A stretch of 54,254 nucleotides of DNA from Syntrophomonas sp. Lineage in GTDB: Bacteria; Bacillota; Syntrophomonadia; Syntrophomonadales; Syntrophomonadaceae. The DNA lies in contig JAQVWS010000002.1 in NCBI GenBank assembly GCA_028709585.1, forward strand, positions 1 through 54,254. Direction: 5' to 3'. The translations under genes and the position numbers were made by a program. The notes under the pieces were generated by a model that saw nothing but the letters and a program-made list of their open reading frames with translations, ran no database searches and was not told the origin of the DNA. Positions 27,876-38,163 of this stretch are shown here, in pieces. Numbering within the stretch: position 1 is the first letter of the stretch; each line of letters starts with the position of its first letter.

Positions 27876-30518
27876 GTGGAAATAATAACTTCGCATAATG
27901 CCTTGGATTTTGATGGTCTGGCGAGCATGGTTGCAGCCGGCAAGTTGTATCCGGGGGCTATAAAGGTTTTTTCCGGGACTGTATCTAAAAGTATCAAGCA
28001 GTTTATGGCTCTGTATAAGGATTCATTATCAATAAAATCCCCCAAAGAGATAGATCAGAATCAAGTTACAAGAGTAATTATAGTTGATACCGCTAATCCT
28101 AATCGCATGGGTCAGTTTAAGAATCTTTGCAAAAGAGAAAATATTGAAATTCATATTTTCGACCATCATCCCTCTTGCGACGGAGATATTAAAGGCAGTA
28201 TTAATGAAATCCACACGATAGGCGCAGCTACTACCATACTGGTAGAAAAAATAATTGCCCAAGGAACTAGCATCAGTCCTTTCGAGGCAACCATTTTAAC
28301 TGTTGGGATCTATGAAGATACAGGCAGTCTGTTGTTTACGAATACCACATCCAGAGATGCGGCGGCGGTTGCCTTTCTATTAAGCCGAGGTGCCAACCTG
28401 AAGGTAGTTGCTAACTTTATGGAGCAGCCCTTTTCCCGGGAGCAAAGCTACATTCTGCAAAATCTCCTGGAAACCGCCCAGCATTACAGCATAAAAAATG
28501 TTGACATAGTAATAGCAATATATGAAGGTAATAATTTCGTACCTGGCCTCGACATGGTAGCTCACCGCTTATTTAAAATGGAGGAATGTGACGGCGTATT
28601 CCTAATAGCTTTGATGGAGGGCAAGGTTAATGTGGTAGGGAGAAGTGGAAATAACAGCTTGCGAATCAACGAAGCCCTCAGTTCTCTGGGTGGCAGAGGA
28701 CATGAAAAAGCGGCCTCAGCGGTAGTGAGGAATGGCCAAAGCTGTCAGGAAGTGGCCGGAATAATTCTGGACAACATTAACGAGATTATACGTCCGGTGG
28801 CAGTAGCCAAGGATATTATGTCTACCCCGGTCAAAACAATCGACCAGAATCGTACCATGGAGGAAGCCGGGCGACTTATGCTGAGGTACGGATATACTGG
28901 GATGCCGGTGGTGCAAGGCAATAAGATGGTAGGGGTAATTTCCAGGAGAGATGTAGGTAAAGCCAGAACCCATAATCTTGGTCATGCCCCGGTCAAAGGC
29001 TTCATGACCTCAGAGGTATTAACGGTTTCTCTGGACACTCCGGTGAGTGAGGTGCAAAAGCTGGTGGTAGAGTATGATATTGGCAGATTGCCAGTTGTTG
29101 AGGAAGGCCGCCTGATGGGAATAGTATCCCGAACTGACATTTTGCGAATACTTCACGGTGAGGATTACCCCGAAGACCATAAATTGCTTTATTCAATAAG
29201 TGATGGGGGGATTAAGAACTACTCAGGGTTTATGCGCAAGCGTTTGCCGGCGGAACTTTTTTCTATTCTCGAGATGGCTGGGCTGCTAGCGCAGGAGATA
29301 AGTGCAACCATATACTGTGTAGGCGGATTTGTAAGAGATCTGCTGCTGCAGGTGCCCAATTTTGACGTGGATCTGGTAGTTGAAGGCGACGGCCAAGTTT
29401 TAGCTGCCCGGATGGCAGAGAAGCTGGGTGGAAAGGTGCGGGTCCACGAGCGCTTTGGAACCGCCACACTGTTTTTAGATGAAGGAACCAAGTTGGATAT
29501 AGCAACAGCGCGAACCGAATTCTATGAATTCCCTGCTGCCCTTCCAATGGTGGAAAGAGCTTCAATAAAGGAAGATATGTATCGTCGTGACTTCACTATT
29601 AACACCTTGGCATTATGCCTTAACCCGAGCAAATTTGGCGACCTAATTGATTACTTCGGCGGTTCCAAGGATATTGAAAACCGGTATATTCGCATCCTGT
29701 ATAACCTGAGCTTTGTTGAGGATCCTACAAGAATATTGAGGGCGATACGTTTCGAGCAGCGCTATAAATTTACTATTGAACCTGATACGTTTCGATTTGC
29801 CGGGGATGCTATTGAACGCCGGATGCTAGACAAGTTATCTTTTAAGCGAATTATGAGTGAGCTTATTTTAATATTGACCGAAAAAGACCCTTTGCCCGCT
29901 TTGGAAAGAATGAAGGACATTGGGGTATGGAAGTACATTCTGCCTGAGGTTAAGCTGGAAGAGCTGAACCGGATGACTGTAAAGAGAATACCGGTGGTTC
30001 TGGGATGGTGGGAAGACAGATACTACGGCAGTGAGATCAGAACCTGGCTAATTTATCTGCTGGTCATCTTCTCCAAACTCACCACCCCTGAAATTGGAGA
30101 AGTTCTTAAGCGTTTTCCTTTGGACCGATACGCTCTGCGCTGTATTGAGAATTCTGTTTTGGTTCCTAAGCTGGCACAGGATATTATAAATAATAATGAA
30201 ATGCCTCTCAGTGAGATGGATAAATTGCTCGTAAATTTAGAAGCGGAAAACATTATATATCTGTTGCTCAGCCTTCGTGATGAATTGGCTTGGAATCGAG
30301 TTGTTAAATACTGCGATCTTAAAGAACGCATCCGTGTAGAACTGAACGGTCATGACCTTAAAGAAATGGGTTTAAAGACGGGGCCGCATTTCAAAACTAT
30401 TAAGGAAGAGCTATATCACTTGAAAATCGATGAAAGGATCTTTAATAAAGAAGACGAGATTCGTATGGTTAAGCAATGGATGACAGAGGGGAGATTTTCA
30501 GATGCAATGGTTGATTGA
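27876..30518 (+). CDS. DHH/DHHA1 phosphoesterase - CBS pair - poly(A) polymerase/CCA-adding-enzyme head domain fusion protein
   Basis: N-terminal DHH motifs (HNALDFDGLAS, IIVDT, FDHH), a GGRGHEKAASA DHHA1 motif, two CBS repeats (about residues 310-430), then a nucleotidyltransferase head (YCVGGFVRDLLL...DVDLVVEG...RDFTINTLA). Confidence 0.85.
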   Translation: MEIITSHNALDFDGLASMVAAGKLYPGAIKVFSGTVSKSIKQFMALYKDSLSIKSPKEIDQNQVTRVIIVDTANPNRMGQFKNLCKRENIEIHIFDHHPSCDGDIKGSINEIHTIGAATTILVEKIIAQGTSISPFEATILTVGIYEDTGSLLFTNTTSRDAAAVAFLLSRGANLKVVANFMEQPFSREQSYILQNLLETAQHYSIKNVDIVIAIYEGNNFVPGLDMVAHRLFKMEECDGVFLIALMEGKVNVVGRSGNNSLRINEALSSLGGRGHEKAASAVVRNGQSCQEVAGIILDNINEIIRPVAVAKDIMSTPVKTIDQNRTMEEAGRLMLRYGYTGMPVVQGNKMVGVISRRDVGKARTHNLGHAPVKGFMTSEVLTVSLDTPVSEVQKLVVEYDIGRLPVVEEGRLMGIVSRTDILRILHGEDYPEDHKLLYSISDGGIKNYSGFMRKRLPAELFSILEMAGLLAQEISATIYCVGGFVRDLLLQVPNFDVDLVVEGDGQVLAARMAEKLGGKVRVHERFGTATLFLDEGTKLDIATARTEFYEFPAALPMVERASIKEDMYRRDFTINTLALCLNPSKFGDLIDYFGGSKDIENRYIRILYNLSFVEDPTRILRAIRFEQRYKFTIEPDTFRFAGDAIERRMLDKLSFKRIMSELILILTEKDPLPALERMKDIGVWKYILPEVKLEELNRMTVKRIPVVLGWWEDRYYGSEIRTWLIYLLVIFSKLTTPEIGEVLKRFPLDRYALRCIENSVLVPKLAQDIINNNEMPLSEMDKLLVNLEAENIIYLLLSLRDELAWNRVVKYCDLKERIRVELNGHDLKEMGLKTGPHFKTIKEELYHLKIDERIFNKEDEIRMVKQWMTEGRFSDAMVD

Positions 30519-31122
30519 AACCTTGATATGGCTGCCGGCGATTCTCATTGGGCTAACCTTTCACGAATTTGCTCACGGCATGGTAGCCAGCTGGCTGGGC
30601 GACCGCACTCCCTATTACCAGGGCAGACTTACTCTTAATCCCTTGCCGCACATTGATTGGGTTGGGTTCCTGATGCTGATGTTGTTTAAATTTGGGTGGG
30701 CTAAACCAGTACAGGTTGATCCCCGCAATTTTAAAAATGTGAGTATGAAAACCGGCATGATGCTGGTATCATTAGCCGGCCCGGGAATGAATATACTATT
30801 AGCATTTACAGGCATGCTAGCTCTTAAACTGATAATACCTTTCCACACAGCCGGCTGGGCTATTTTAATTATCCCGCTGCTTAAACCATTGGTGTATATA
30901 AATCTTATATTGGCGGCCTTTAACCTGATACCTGTGCCTCCATTGGATGGCTCTAAAATTTTGGCGGGAATTCTGCCCAATTGGGGAACTCGTTTTATGT
31001 ATTCTTTAGAACAATATGGGATGCTCATTCTACTGTTATTAATCGTAACCAATTTGACAGGAAAAATTATCTGGCCGCTGGTCAACTTTATGTATGGCAT
31101 TATGTATACTATTATTTTCTAG
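30502..31122 (+). CDS. Site-2 protease (M50) family membrane metalloprotease
   Basis: An HEFAHG zinc motif in the first TM region and NLIPVPPLDGSK in a later TM. Confidence 0.85.
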   Translation: MQWLIETLIWLPAILIGLTFHEFAHGMVASWLGDRTPYYQGRLTLNPLPHIDWVGFLMLMLFKFGWAKPVQVDPRNFKNVSMKTGMMLVSLAGPGMNILLAFTGMLALKLIIPFHTAGWAILIIPLLKPLVYINLILAAFNLIPVPPLDGSKILAGILPNWGTRFMYSLEQYGMLILLLLIVTNLTGKIIWPLVNFMYGIMYTIIF

Positions 31123-31144
31123 TATAGAAAACAGGAGGAGCAGC

Positions 31145-31873
31145 ATGGGTTACCTGGTTAATCTTGAAGAATTCTATGGACCGCTGGATTTGCTGCTTTA
31201 CTTGATTGAAAAGGATCAGATAGATATTTATGATATACCGATAGCCATGATCGCTGATCAGTATATCGATTTTATAAAATCTTCCCGGGATATAAACCTT
31301 GATCAGGTCAGCGATTTTCTGATTATGGCTTCATATCTGCTAAATCTAAAATCGCGGTTGCTTTTGCCAGACCTGGCTGGGGAAGAGGATGCGGATATAG
31401 AGCCTGCTGATCCGCGAGAAGAATTGGTTTACAGGTTGCTGGAGTATAAAAAGTATAAACTGGCCGCCGAGCTTTTGGCGGTCCGGTTCAATGATGATAT
31501 AAATCGGGTTTACTTTCGGGCCGGCCAGAGTGAGCCGGAGTGGAGGGACAAAGATATCAGCAGCAGTTTGAAATCTCTGCTGCGGGCATGGCATGAGGTA
31601 CTGCAAAAAAGGACTATCCAGGTAGAATATAATATACCTCAGAGTGATATAAATATTCTGGAAATGATGGATGCGATATTGCTGGTGCTGCCTAAGGACG
31701 GTCAGAAATTCAGTTTTGAAGAGATATATGCAAACGCATCCACTCGCAGAGAAATTCTGGCTTATTTTTTGGCATTACTGGAGTTAATTCGTCTACAAAA
31801 GGTGGAGGCTATACAAGAGAAAAAATTTGGAGAGATAAGACTCTTTATACGGGTGGCGAATGAAATATGCTAA
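31145..31873 (+). CDS. scpA: Segregation and condensation protein A
   Basis: FYGPLDLLLYLIEKDQIDIYDIPIAMIADQY. The ATG at 31145 follows an AGGAGGAG RBS. Confidence 0.92.
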   Translation: MGYLVNLEEFYGPLDLLLYLIEKDQIDIYDIPIAMIADQYIDFIKSSRDINLDQVSDFLIMASYLLNLKSRLLLPDLAGEEDADIEPADPREELVYRLLEYKKYKLAAELLAVRFNDDINRVYFRAGQSEPEWRDKDISSSLKSLLRAWHEVLQKRTIQVEYNIPQSDINILEMMDAILLVLPKDGQKFSFEEIYANASTRREILAYFLALLELIRLQKVEAIQEKKFGEIRLFIRVANEIC

Positions 31874-32382
31874 TGAAGGATGAGATTAAAGCAGCTATTG
31901 AAGCCCTTCTTTTTATAAGCGCAGAAAGGGTTGGCAGGGAGGAATTGATGGAAGTCCTTAACCTATCGGAAAAGGATTTTGATCAAATTATGCTGGAAAT
32001 GTTCGCGGAATATAATCAGGTTCAGCGCGGAATACAAATCCTGGCTCTAGATGGCGGCTATATCATGGGGACAAAACCCGAATATACGCAGATGGTTAAC
32101 CGTATGGGCAAAAACCCCAGCCGCAGATTGTCATCGGCGGCTCTGGAAACCCTGGCTATTATTGCCTATCGGCAACCTCTTAGCAAAGCTGAGATAGAAC
32201 AAATCAGAGGGGTGAAAACCGATCGGGTAATCGCTACCCTTTTGGAGAAGAGCCTGATTAAAGAGACAGGCAAAAAAGATACTCCTGGCCGACCTGCCCT
32301 ATATGGAACGACTTACGAGTTTTTAAAGCTATTTGCCCTGTCCAGTTTGGAGGATTTGCCTGTAATCGAGGCAAAGGAGTAA
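31867..32382 (+). CDS. scpB: Segregation and condensation protein B
   Basis: IEALLFIS...LSSAALETLAIIAYRQPLSKAEIEQIRGV...PGRPALYGTT. Confidence 0.92.
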   Translation: MLMKDEIKAAIEALLFISAERVGREELMEVLNLSEKDFDQIMLEMFAEYNQVQRGIQILALDGGYIMGTKPEYTQMVNRMGKNPSRRLSSAALETLAIIAYRQPLSKAEIEQIRGVKTDRVIATLLEKSLIKETGKKDTPGRPALYGTTYEFLKLFALSSLEDLPVIEAKE

Positions 32383-32397
32383 AAGGAGGAAGCAAAG

Positions 32398-32955
32398 GTG
32401 CCCGAGCGGTCTATCGAAGAAGAAATTATGCTAAAAGCGCAGCAAAATAGAAAATTGGCTAAATATATGAGCAGCACTGAACAGCTGGTGGAAGAGCAGA
32501 TACTTAAGGCACAAGCCAGGGGTGATTTTGACAATCTAAAAGGAGCCGGCAAGCCTCTTGATCTTGATGAAAACCCTTTCGAACCGCAGGATATGCGCAT
32601 GGCCTTTCGGATACTGAAAAATAATGATGTAACCCCCTACTGGATACAGTTAGGCAATGATATTGATGCTGATACAGCCAAATTGTGGAAAGAAGTGGAA
32701 GGCTTTAAGCGTTATGTCTTTTTGTTTATAAACGAAAAGCATGTTCCTCAGGCTATTAACCGATTTGAAAGTAAAAAGTCCCTTTTTTATTACGAAAAGA
32801 GATTAGAATTAGAGAAAATCAAGAAAAAGATTCTGGATTACAATTTACAATGTCCAACCTTCAGACTGGGAAGGCAAAATATTGAAGTAGATGATGAAAT
32901 GCTTAAAGTAATTACTGCAATAGAGAAAGTCATAGCGGACAAGAAGCTGTCATAA
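32398..32955 (+). CDS. DUF1992 (DnaJC28-like) domain protein
   Basis: EEQILKAQARGDFDNLKGAGKPLDLDENPF is the DUF1992 signature. GTG start with an AAGGAGGA RBS. Confidence 0.75.
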   Translation: MPERSIEEEIMLKAQQNRKLAKYMSSTEQLVEEQILKAQARGDFDNLKGAGKPLDLDENPFEPQDMRMAFRILKNNDVTPYWIQLGNDIDADTAKLWKEVEGFKRYVFLFINEKHVPQAINRFESKKSLFYYEKRLELEKIKKKILDYNLQCPTFRLGRQNIEVDDEMLKVITAIEKVIADKKLS

Positions 32956-32970
32956 TGCATAAGCCTGATA

Positions 32971-33675
32971 ATGGAGGGAATCATATCAAAAAACGGGAGA
33001 TTTTACATGACCTTCTGGGTATTGGCTATATGTATTTTATTAATGGCATTAGTTTTATCTTTATATGTCAAGGCTGAGATCATTCTGAAAGTAAGGGAAG
33101 ATGAAATATTTCAGGGGATATCTCTGCAAGTCAATTCACGCCTATATAAAGCAGATCGTAATTATGACTATACCGATTCTAATTTACGTCTGCTTGAATC
33201 AATTCTAATTTCAGCGGTCTGGCAGAATAAAACGAATAAAAACAAGCCCAGTGCATCACCTGACCTACTGGAAGTGCTATGGCAAGCGAGTAAAGGTTTT
33301 CCGATACGCAGCCTTTTCGAGCTTTGCCGAGGTAATTCCGACCTGATTATCATGACGCTGCGATATATAGTTGTGGAAAAACTGGATTGGATCAGCACAG
33401 TTGGGAGTAAGGATGCGCTTCATACGGCTCTTGGCACTGGCATGTGCTGGACTTTGAAGGGGATCATAATTGGGATATTAAGCAGCCGGTGTAGCTTGGC
33501 AGGACTGAGGTTGGATGTAAAGGCAGATTTTGATAATCCCTCCTTTTTAAGCAGTTTTACGTGTATATTAAAAATGAGATTGGTACACATTATAATCATT
33601 GAGATATATGCAATTATAATAAAAGTCAGGTGGTGTTTAAATGGATTCTCAGCAAGAACAGAGCCATCCCATTGA
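32971..33675 (+). CDS. ytfI: DUF2953/YtfI-like sporulation protein
   Basis: TM-anchored protein directly upstream of, and overlapping, the ytfJ homologue, as in the Bacillus ytfIJ operon. Confidence 0.55.
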   Translation: MEGIISKNGRFYMTFWVLAICILLMALVLSLYVKAEIILKVREDEIFQGISLQVNSRLYKADRNYDYTDSNLRLLESILISAVWQNKTNKNKPSASPDLLEVLWQASKGFPIRSLFELCRGNSDLIIMTLRYIVVEKLDWISTVGSKDALHTALGTGMCWTLKGIIIGILSSRCSLAGLRLDVKADFDNPSFLSSFTCILKMRLVHIIIIEIYAIIIKVRWCLNGFSARTEPSH

Positions 33676-34063
33676 AGGATTAATGAAGACCGCCATGCAG
33701 AGTATAAAAGAAATGGTGGATGTTAACACCGTAGTAGGCGATGCGGTTGAGACAAATGATGGCACAATCATAATTCCAATCTCCCAGGTTGCTTGTGGGT
33801 TTGCAGCAGGAGGAGGAGAATATGAGATTACTTCCGGGGACAAGGAGATGGAGATACTTCCATTTGCAGGTGGCAGTGGAGCAGGTGTTTCAGTTAAACC
33901 GGTTGGTTTTCTCGTAGTGCGGATGAATGATGTCAGACTGATATCGGTAGCCGGCAATCCGCTGGCAGAACGGGTAGTAGATATTGCTCCGCAAATTTTT
34001 GACAAGATTGAAAGCATAATGGAAAAAAGAGAAAAAAATCGCCCCGAGGTCTTTGAACAATAG
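33641..34063 (+). CDS. ytfJ: Sporulation protein YtfJ / GerW family
   Basis: TVVGDAVETNDGTIIIPISQVACGFAAGGGEY...GGSGAGVSVKPVGFLVV is characteristic of the family. Confidence 0.88.
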   Translation: MDSQQEQSHPIEGLMKTAMQSIKEMVDVNTVVGDAVETNDGTIIIPISQVACGFAAGGGEYEITSGDKEMEILPFAGGSGAGVSVKPVGFLVVRMNDVRLISVAGNPLAERVVDIAPQIFDKIESIMEKREKNRPEVFEQ

Positions 34064-34070
34064 GAGGCAG

Positions 34071-34431
34071 GGGGACGGTTCTGATGCCTGCAGGGTCATT
34101 TCTTTAGTATCAGCATTATTAATGACTAGACAGGCACATAAAATATGTAAACCGGAATTTATCACGTTATATTGCGCGGTAATGAAAGGGAAAATAACTT
34201 TGAAGACGAAAATGTTAAGCAACGATTCTTGGAGGGTATTAAATCACCAAAAAAGGGTTGTAGGCTTATTGTCTAATGGATGACCATGTACATTTATTAT
34301 TAAATACTTATAATGAAAATTTGGCGGAAATAATGAAGAGTGTAACGGTTCGTTATGCTTTGTTCTACAACTGGAATAAACAAAAGCACAATTGAACGGC
34401 AGAAACAAATGCAGGCAAAAGAACCGTCCCC
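34071..34431 (+). mobile_element. Copy B of the TIR-bounded decayed Y1 transposase element
   Basis: The ends are GGGGACGGTTCTGATGCCTGCA and GCAGGCAAAAGAACCGTCCCC. The interior encodes broken IYHVILRGNERENNFEDE..KQRFLEG and LMDDHVHLLLNTYNENLAEIMKSVTVRYALFYNW. It has the same 3' internal deletion as copy A. Confidence 0.8.
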
Positions 34432-34455
34432 TTGCTTCCCCCTTGCTTCCCCACA
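34428..34455. repeat. 11-bp tandem duplication that includes the right TIR tip of copy B
   Basis: CCCCTTGCTTC CCCCTTGCTTC CCC, read directly. Confidence 0.7.
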
Positions 34456-34557
34456 CTGCAGTTCGGCATGAATGCCGGACTGTTCTATTTTTCTGCAGCT
34501 TTTCATACCCTTCTAAAAGAGACAAGATGTATTTGGGGAAATACGGAGGGGTATATT

Positions 34558-35154
34558 TTGTTAAACTTGATCTGGCTTTTATTAATGGTCTCAGGAATTG
34601 TGGTAGCAGCAATTAATGGACAGGTAGAAGCGGTGACTCAAGCGGCACTGGGAGCTGCCCGCAGTGCAGTAGAAATTTGTCTTGATTTGATAGGGATTAT
34701 GGCCCTGTGGCTGGGTATTATGAAAATTGCTGAAAAAGCCGGGGTGATAAGCAGCCTGGCTCGCTTATTAAAACCTTTTCTGCGTCGTTTGTTTCCCAGC
34801 GTTCCGCCTGAACACCCTGCTATGGGAGCCATAATACTAAATCTTAGCGCGAATATGTTGGGCCTGGGCAACGCAGCCACGCCCTTTGGCTTGAAGGCTA
34901 TGCAGGAATTACAACAACTAAATCATGGTGATAAGAGTGAAGCGACCGAAGCAATGTGTACCTTCATGGCCCTTAATACTTCTTGTATAACTTTGATTCC
35001 TGCCACTATTATTGGTATTAGGCTATCATTTTCATCATCGAATCCAACCGAAATAGTGGGGGCTTGTATTTTCGCCACCAGTTGTGCCATGGTTATTGCT
35101 GTTTCGTTGGATTACTGGTTCCGAATCCGTAAGCATTGGAGGAGGAAAGGATAA
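34558..35154 (+). CDS. spmA: Spore maturation protein A (nucleoside-recognition/Gate domain)
   Basis: LLNLIWLLLMVSGIVVAAINGQVEAVTQAAL... The TTG at 34558 follows a GGAGGGG RBS. The ORF-track start at 34432 lies at the boundary of repeat copy B and is spurious. Confidence 0.88.
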   Translation: MLNLIWLLLMVSGIVVAAINGQVEAVTQAALGAARSAVEICLDLIGIMALWLGIMKIAEKAGVISSLARLLKPFLRRLFPSVPPEHPAMGAIILNLSANMLGLGNAATPFGLKAMQELQQLNHGDKSEATEAMCTFMALNTSCITLIPATIIGIRLSFSSSNPTEIVGACIFATSCAMVIAVSLDYWFRIRKHWRRKG

Positions 35155-35690
35155 TGCTGATAACAGTTCTGACTTCTGTTTCCCGCTGGGCGATACCTTT
35201 CTTGTTGCTATGCATTCCTATATATGGGTTTTGCAAACGCATACCAGTATACGAAACGTTTGTAGAAGGGGCGGAAGAGGGTTTCTATACCGCGATAAAA
35301 ATAATTCCCTTTCTGGTAGGAATGTTGGTGGCTATTTCTGTTTTTCGTGCCTCAGGGGCCATGGATTACCTCATATGGGCTATAATGCCGGTAATGACTG
35401 CAATCGGTGCCCCTCCTGAGGTGCTCCCGCTGGCAGTGATGAGGCCCTTGTCTGGCAGTGGCGCTTTGGGGCTGGCCACTGAACTTATGCGAGCCTATGG
35501 TGCTGACTCAATGATTGGGCGAATGGCTTCAGTGATGCAGGGAACTACTGATACTACATTTTTTGTGCTGACCGTATATTTTGGCTCGGTAGGAATAAGA
35601 AAATTCAAATATGCAATAATCACTGGTTTGAGTGCAGACATAACAGGATTGTTAGCGTCTATCTATATATGCAATCAATTGTTTCAGTGA
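35154..35690 (+). CDS. spmB: Spore maturation protein B
   Basis: MLITVLTSVSRWAIPFLLL...MRPLSGSGALG... The ATG overlaps the spmA stop (TAATG). Confidence 0.88.
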   Translation: MLITVLTSVSRWAIPFLLLCIPIYGFCKRIPVYETFVEGAEEGFYTAIKIIPFLVGMLVAISVFRASGAMDYLIWAIMPVMTAIGAPPEVLPLAVMRPLSGSGALGLATELMRAYGADSMIGRMASVMQGTTDTTFFVLTVYFGSVGIRKFKYAIITGLSADITGLLASIYICNQLFQ

Positions 35691-35870
35691 TCTTAATGGC
35701 TGAACCCTAAGTGCCTGATTCCTTTGTAGACTAAGCTTTGGTACCAATACAAGTATTTAATTGAATTAGATAGTGATAATAATGACACACTAGATATTAT
35801 TTTACTATTGTTGCGGCAATAAGTTTTGTATTAGAATAGATAGAAATGTAGAAAAAAGGAGAATGCAGAT

Positions 35871-37538
35871 TTGAAAAGCGATATCGAAATAGCACAAAGT
35901 GCTAAAATGAAACCCATAGTAGAAATAGCTAATTCTATTGGACTGTCGGAGGACGATATAGAGCTATATGGCAAATATAAAGCCAAAGTGTCTCTGGAGA
36001 CCTGGGACAGACTGAAAGATAAGCCATCAGGTAAATTAGTATTAGTAACTGCTATTAACCCTACCCCGGCTGGAGAAGGTAAGACAACTACTACGGTAGG
36101 ACTGGGCATGGCCTTGAATAAAATCGGCAAGAAGGCGATTATTGCACTGCGTGAACCCTCCCTGGGGCCAAGCTTCGGGATAAAAGGCGGTGCAGCCGGA
36201 GGTGGGTATGCACAGGTTGTACCAATGGAGGATATTAACCTTCATTTTACTGGCGATTTTCATGCGGTAACGACTGCGCATAACCTTTTGGCAGCTATTT
36301 TGGACAATAGTATCCACCAGGGCAATCCGCTGAACATTGATCCTCGTCAGGTGGTTCTGCGCCGGGTGATGGATCTGAATGAAAGAGCATTGCGAAATAT
36401 TATAGTCGGACTGGGCGGTAAAATTAACGGCGTACCTCGCGAATCAGGGTTTGACATAAGCGTTGCATCGGAAATAATGGCGGTTTTATGTCTTTCCAAA
36501 GACCTTATGGACTTTAAAGAACGTGCTGCACGCATAGTGGTTGCTTATAGATATGATGGAACCCCGGTAACAGCAGCTGATTTGAAAGCTGCAGGCTCGA
36601 TGGCGCTATTGATGAAAGATGCCATAAAACCTAATTTGGTTCAGACTCTGGAAAACACCCCGGCTTTCATTCATGGAGGACCTTTTGCGAACATTGCCCA
36701 TGGTTGCAATAGCATTATGGCAACCCAAATAGGTTTGAAATTGGCGGATTACATGATTACTGAGGCAGGATTCGGAGCCGACCTGGGGGCGGAAAAATTC
36801 TTCAACCTTAAATGCCGTTATGGCGGCTTAAAACCAAATGCGGTGGTGCTGGTGGCCTCAATACGTGCCTTGAAAAACCATGGCGGAGTTACTAAGGACA
36901 AGCTGGCCGAAGTAAATATGTCAGCCTTGGAAGATGGAGTAAAGAACCTGGAAAAACATCTGGAAAACTTGAAGCTGTTTGGGGTTCCGGTAGTAGTCGC
37001 CCTTAATGAATTCCCCGGTGATACCAAAGAAGAAATTGCATTAATTGCCGGAAAATGTACAGCCTTAGGTGCTGAACTGGCCATATCCAGAGTGTGGATG
37101 GAAGGCGGGCAGGGTGGAGAAGATCTGGCCCGAAAAGTTATTGCTGCCACTGATCGTGATTCCAATTTTAAGTGTTTGTATGAATTAGAAATACCATTGA
37201 AAGCAAAAATAGAAGCAATTTGCACGCAGATATATGGAGCAGATGGGGTCAGTTACAATAAGGCGGCCGAAGATCTGCTGAAACGTTTTGAAGAGATGGG
37301 TTATGGGAATCTGCCCATATGTATTGCCAAGACTCAATATTCTTTATCAGATGACCTTAAAGCGATTGGCAGACCTCAAGGTTTTACAGTTAATATCAGG
37401 GAAGTAAGGCTTTCTGCTGGAGCCGGTTTTATTGTAGCGATTGCCGGAGATATTATGACGATGCCTGGCTTGAGCAAAGTTCCCGCTGCCGAAAAAATTG
37501 ATATAATGCCAAACGGAGAGATAGTAGGCCTATTTTAG
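35871..37538 (+). CDS. fhs: Formate--tetrahydrofolate ligase
   Basis: SDIEIAQ...[20 protein letters not shown]...[18 protein letters not shown]...[17 protein letters not shown] start. Confidence 0.97.
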   Translation: MKSDIEIAQSAKMKPIVEIANSIGLSEDDIELYGKYKAKVSLETWDRLKDKPSGKLVLVTAINPTPAGEGKTTTTVGLGMALNKIGKKAIIALREPSLGPSFGIKGGAAGGGYAQVVPMEDINLHFTGDFHAVTTAHNLLAAILDNSIHQGNPLNIDPRQVVLRRVMDLNERALRNIIVGLGGKINGVPRESGFDISVASEIMAVLCLSKDLMDFKERAARIVVAYRYDGTPVTAADLKAAGSMALLMKDAIKPNLVQTLENTPAFIHGGPFANIAHGCNSIMATQIGLKLADYMITEAGFGADLGAEKFFNLKCRYGGLKPNAVVLVASIRALKNHGGVTKDKLAEVNMSALEDGVKNLEKHLENLKLFGVPVVVALNEFPGDTKEEIALIAGKCTALGAELAISRVWMEGGQGGEDLARKVIAATDRDSNFKCLYELEIPLKAKIEAICTQIYGADGVSYNKAAEDLLKRFEEMGYGNLPICIAKTQYSLSDDLKAIGRPQGFTVNIREVRLSAGAGFIVAIAGDIMTMPGLSKVPAAEKIDIMPNGEIVGLF

Positions 37539-37546
37539 TAACTGGA

Positions 37547-37579
37547 TAAAAAGCGGCACCGCCAAGGTGCCGCTTTTAG
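37547..37579. terminator. Bidirectional terminator between fhs and folE
   Basis: AAAAAGCGGCACC gccaa GGTGCCGCTTTT. Confidence 0.85.
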
Positions 37580-37590
37580 GTTTTTTAAAA

Positions 37591-38163
37591 CTATTTTAGA
37601 ATAAGAGATAACAGCTCGGCTCGAGTTTGAGACCGGGACTCAAATATGCCCCTCACCGCTGAGGTTACAGTTAAAGCTCCCGGCTTTTTAATCCCCCGCA
37701 TAGTCATGCACATATGTTCTGCTTGCATAATTACCATTACCCCCATAGGATTTAAGGTATTAAATATGCAATCCGCAACCTGAGAGGTTAAGCGTTCTTG
37801 CAGCTGCGGCCTGTGGGCATAAGATTCTACCACTCGAGCCAGTTTGCTTATTCCCACTACTTTACCGCCTTTAGGAATATAGGCAACATGAGCCAGACCA
37901 TAGAAGGGCAAGAAATGAAGCTCACAAATAGAGAAGAGAGGAATATCTTTTACCAGCACCAATTCATCATGATATTCGGTAAAGGATACATCTAAATAAT
38001 CACGGGGATCTTCATACATTCCCGACAAGATCTCTTCATACATTCGGGCTACCCGAGCTGGAGTCTGAGCTAGTCCCTCACGCTCAGGGTCCTCGCCGAT
38101 TGCCTCCAGAATTAATCTAAACGCCCTGGCTATTTTTTCCTTATCAAAATTTTTCTTATCCAT
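37591..38163 (-). CDS. folE: GTP cyclohydrolase I
   Basis: [15 protein letters not shown]......SICEHH..PF.G.AH.AY.P and QERLT motifs are present, with one deviation: [10 protein letters not shown] replaces the usual CEHH. The ATG at 38163 follows GGAGG. The ORF-track start at 38175 is an alternative. Confidence 0.93.
   Translation of the reverse strand: MDKKNFDKEKIARAFRLILEAIGEDPEREGLAQTPARVARMYEEILSGMYEDPRDYLDVSFTEYHDELVLVKDIPLFSICELHFLPFYGLAHVAYIPKGGKVVGISKLARVVESYAHRPQLQERLTSQVADCIFNTLNPMGVMVIMQAEHMCMTMRGIKKPGALTVTSAVRGIFESRSQTRAELLSLILK

Noticed and set aside
30615-31100. 161-aa antisense ORF inside the M50 protease gene
   Set aside because: It is a shadow ORF. The plus frame carries the HExxH and LDG protease motifs and membrane topology.
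34053-34616. ORFs 34053-34283 (+), 34244-34612 (-), 34300-34506 (-), 34392-34616 (+) and the extended N-terminus of 34432-35154
   Set aside because: All lie within or read out of repeat copy B. They are frameshifted fragments of the decayed transposase or chance frames. spmA has a proper RBS and TTG at 34558.
35691-35870. ZTP (pfl) or THF riboswitch upstream of fhs, and likewise upstream of folE (38164-38331, minus strand)
   Set aside because: Neither the CCGCCTGGGC-type ZTP pseudoknot sequence nor THF consensus blocks are present. The regions are AT-rich with no evident conserved helices.
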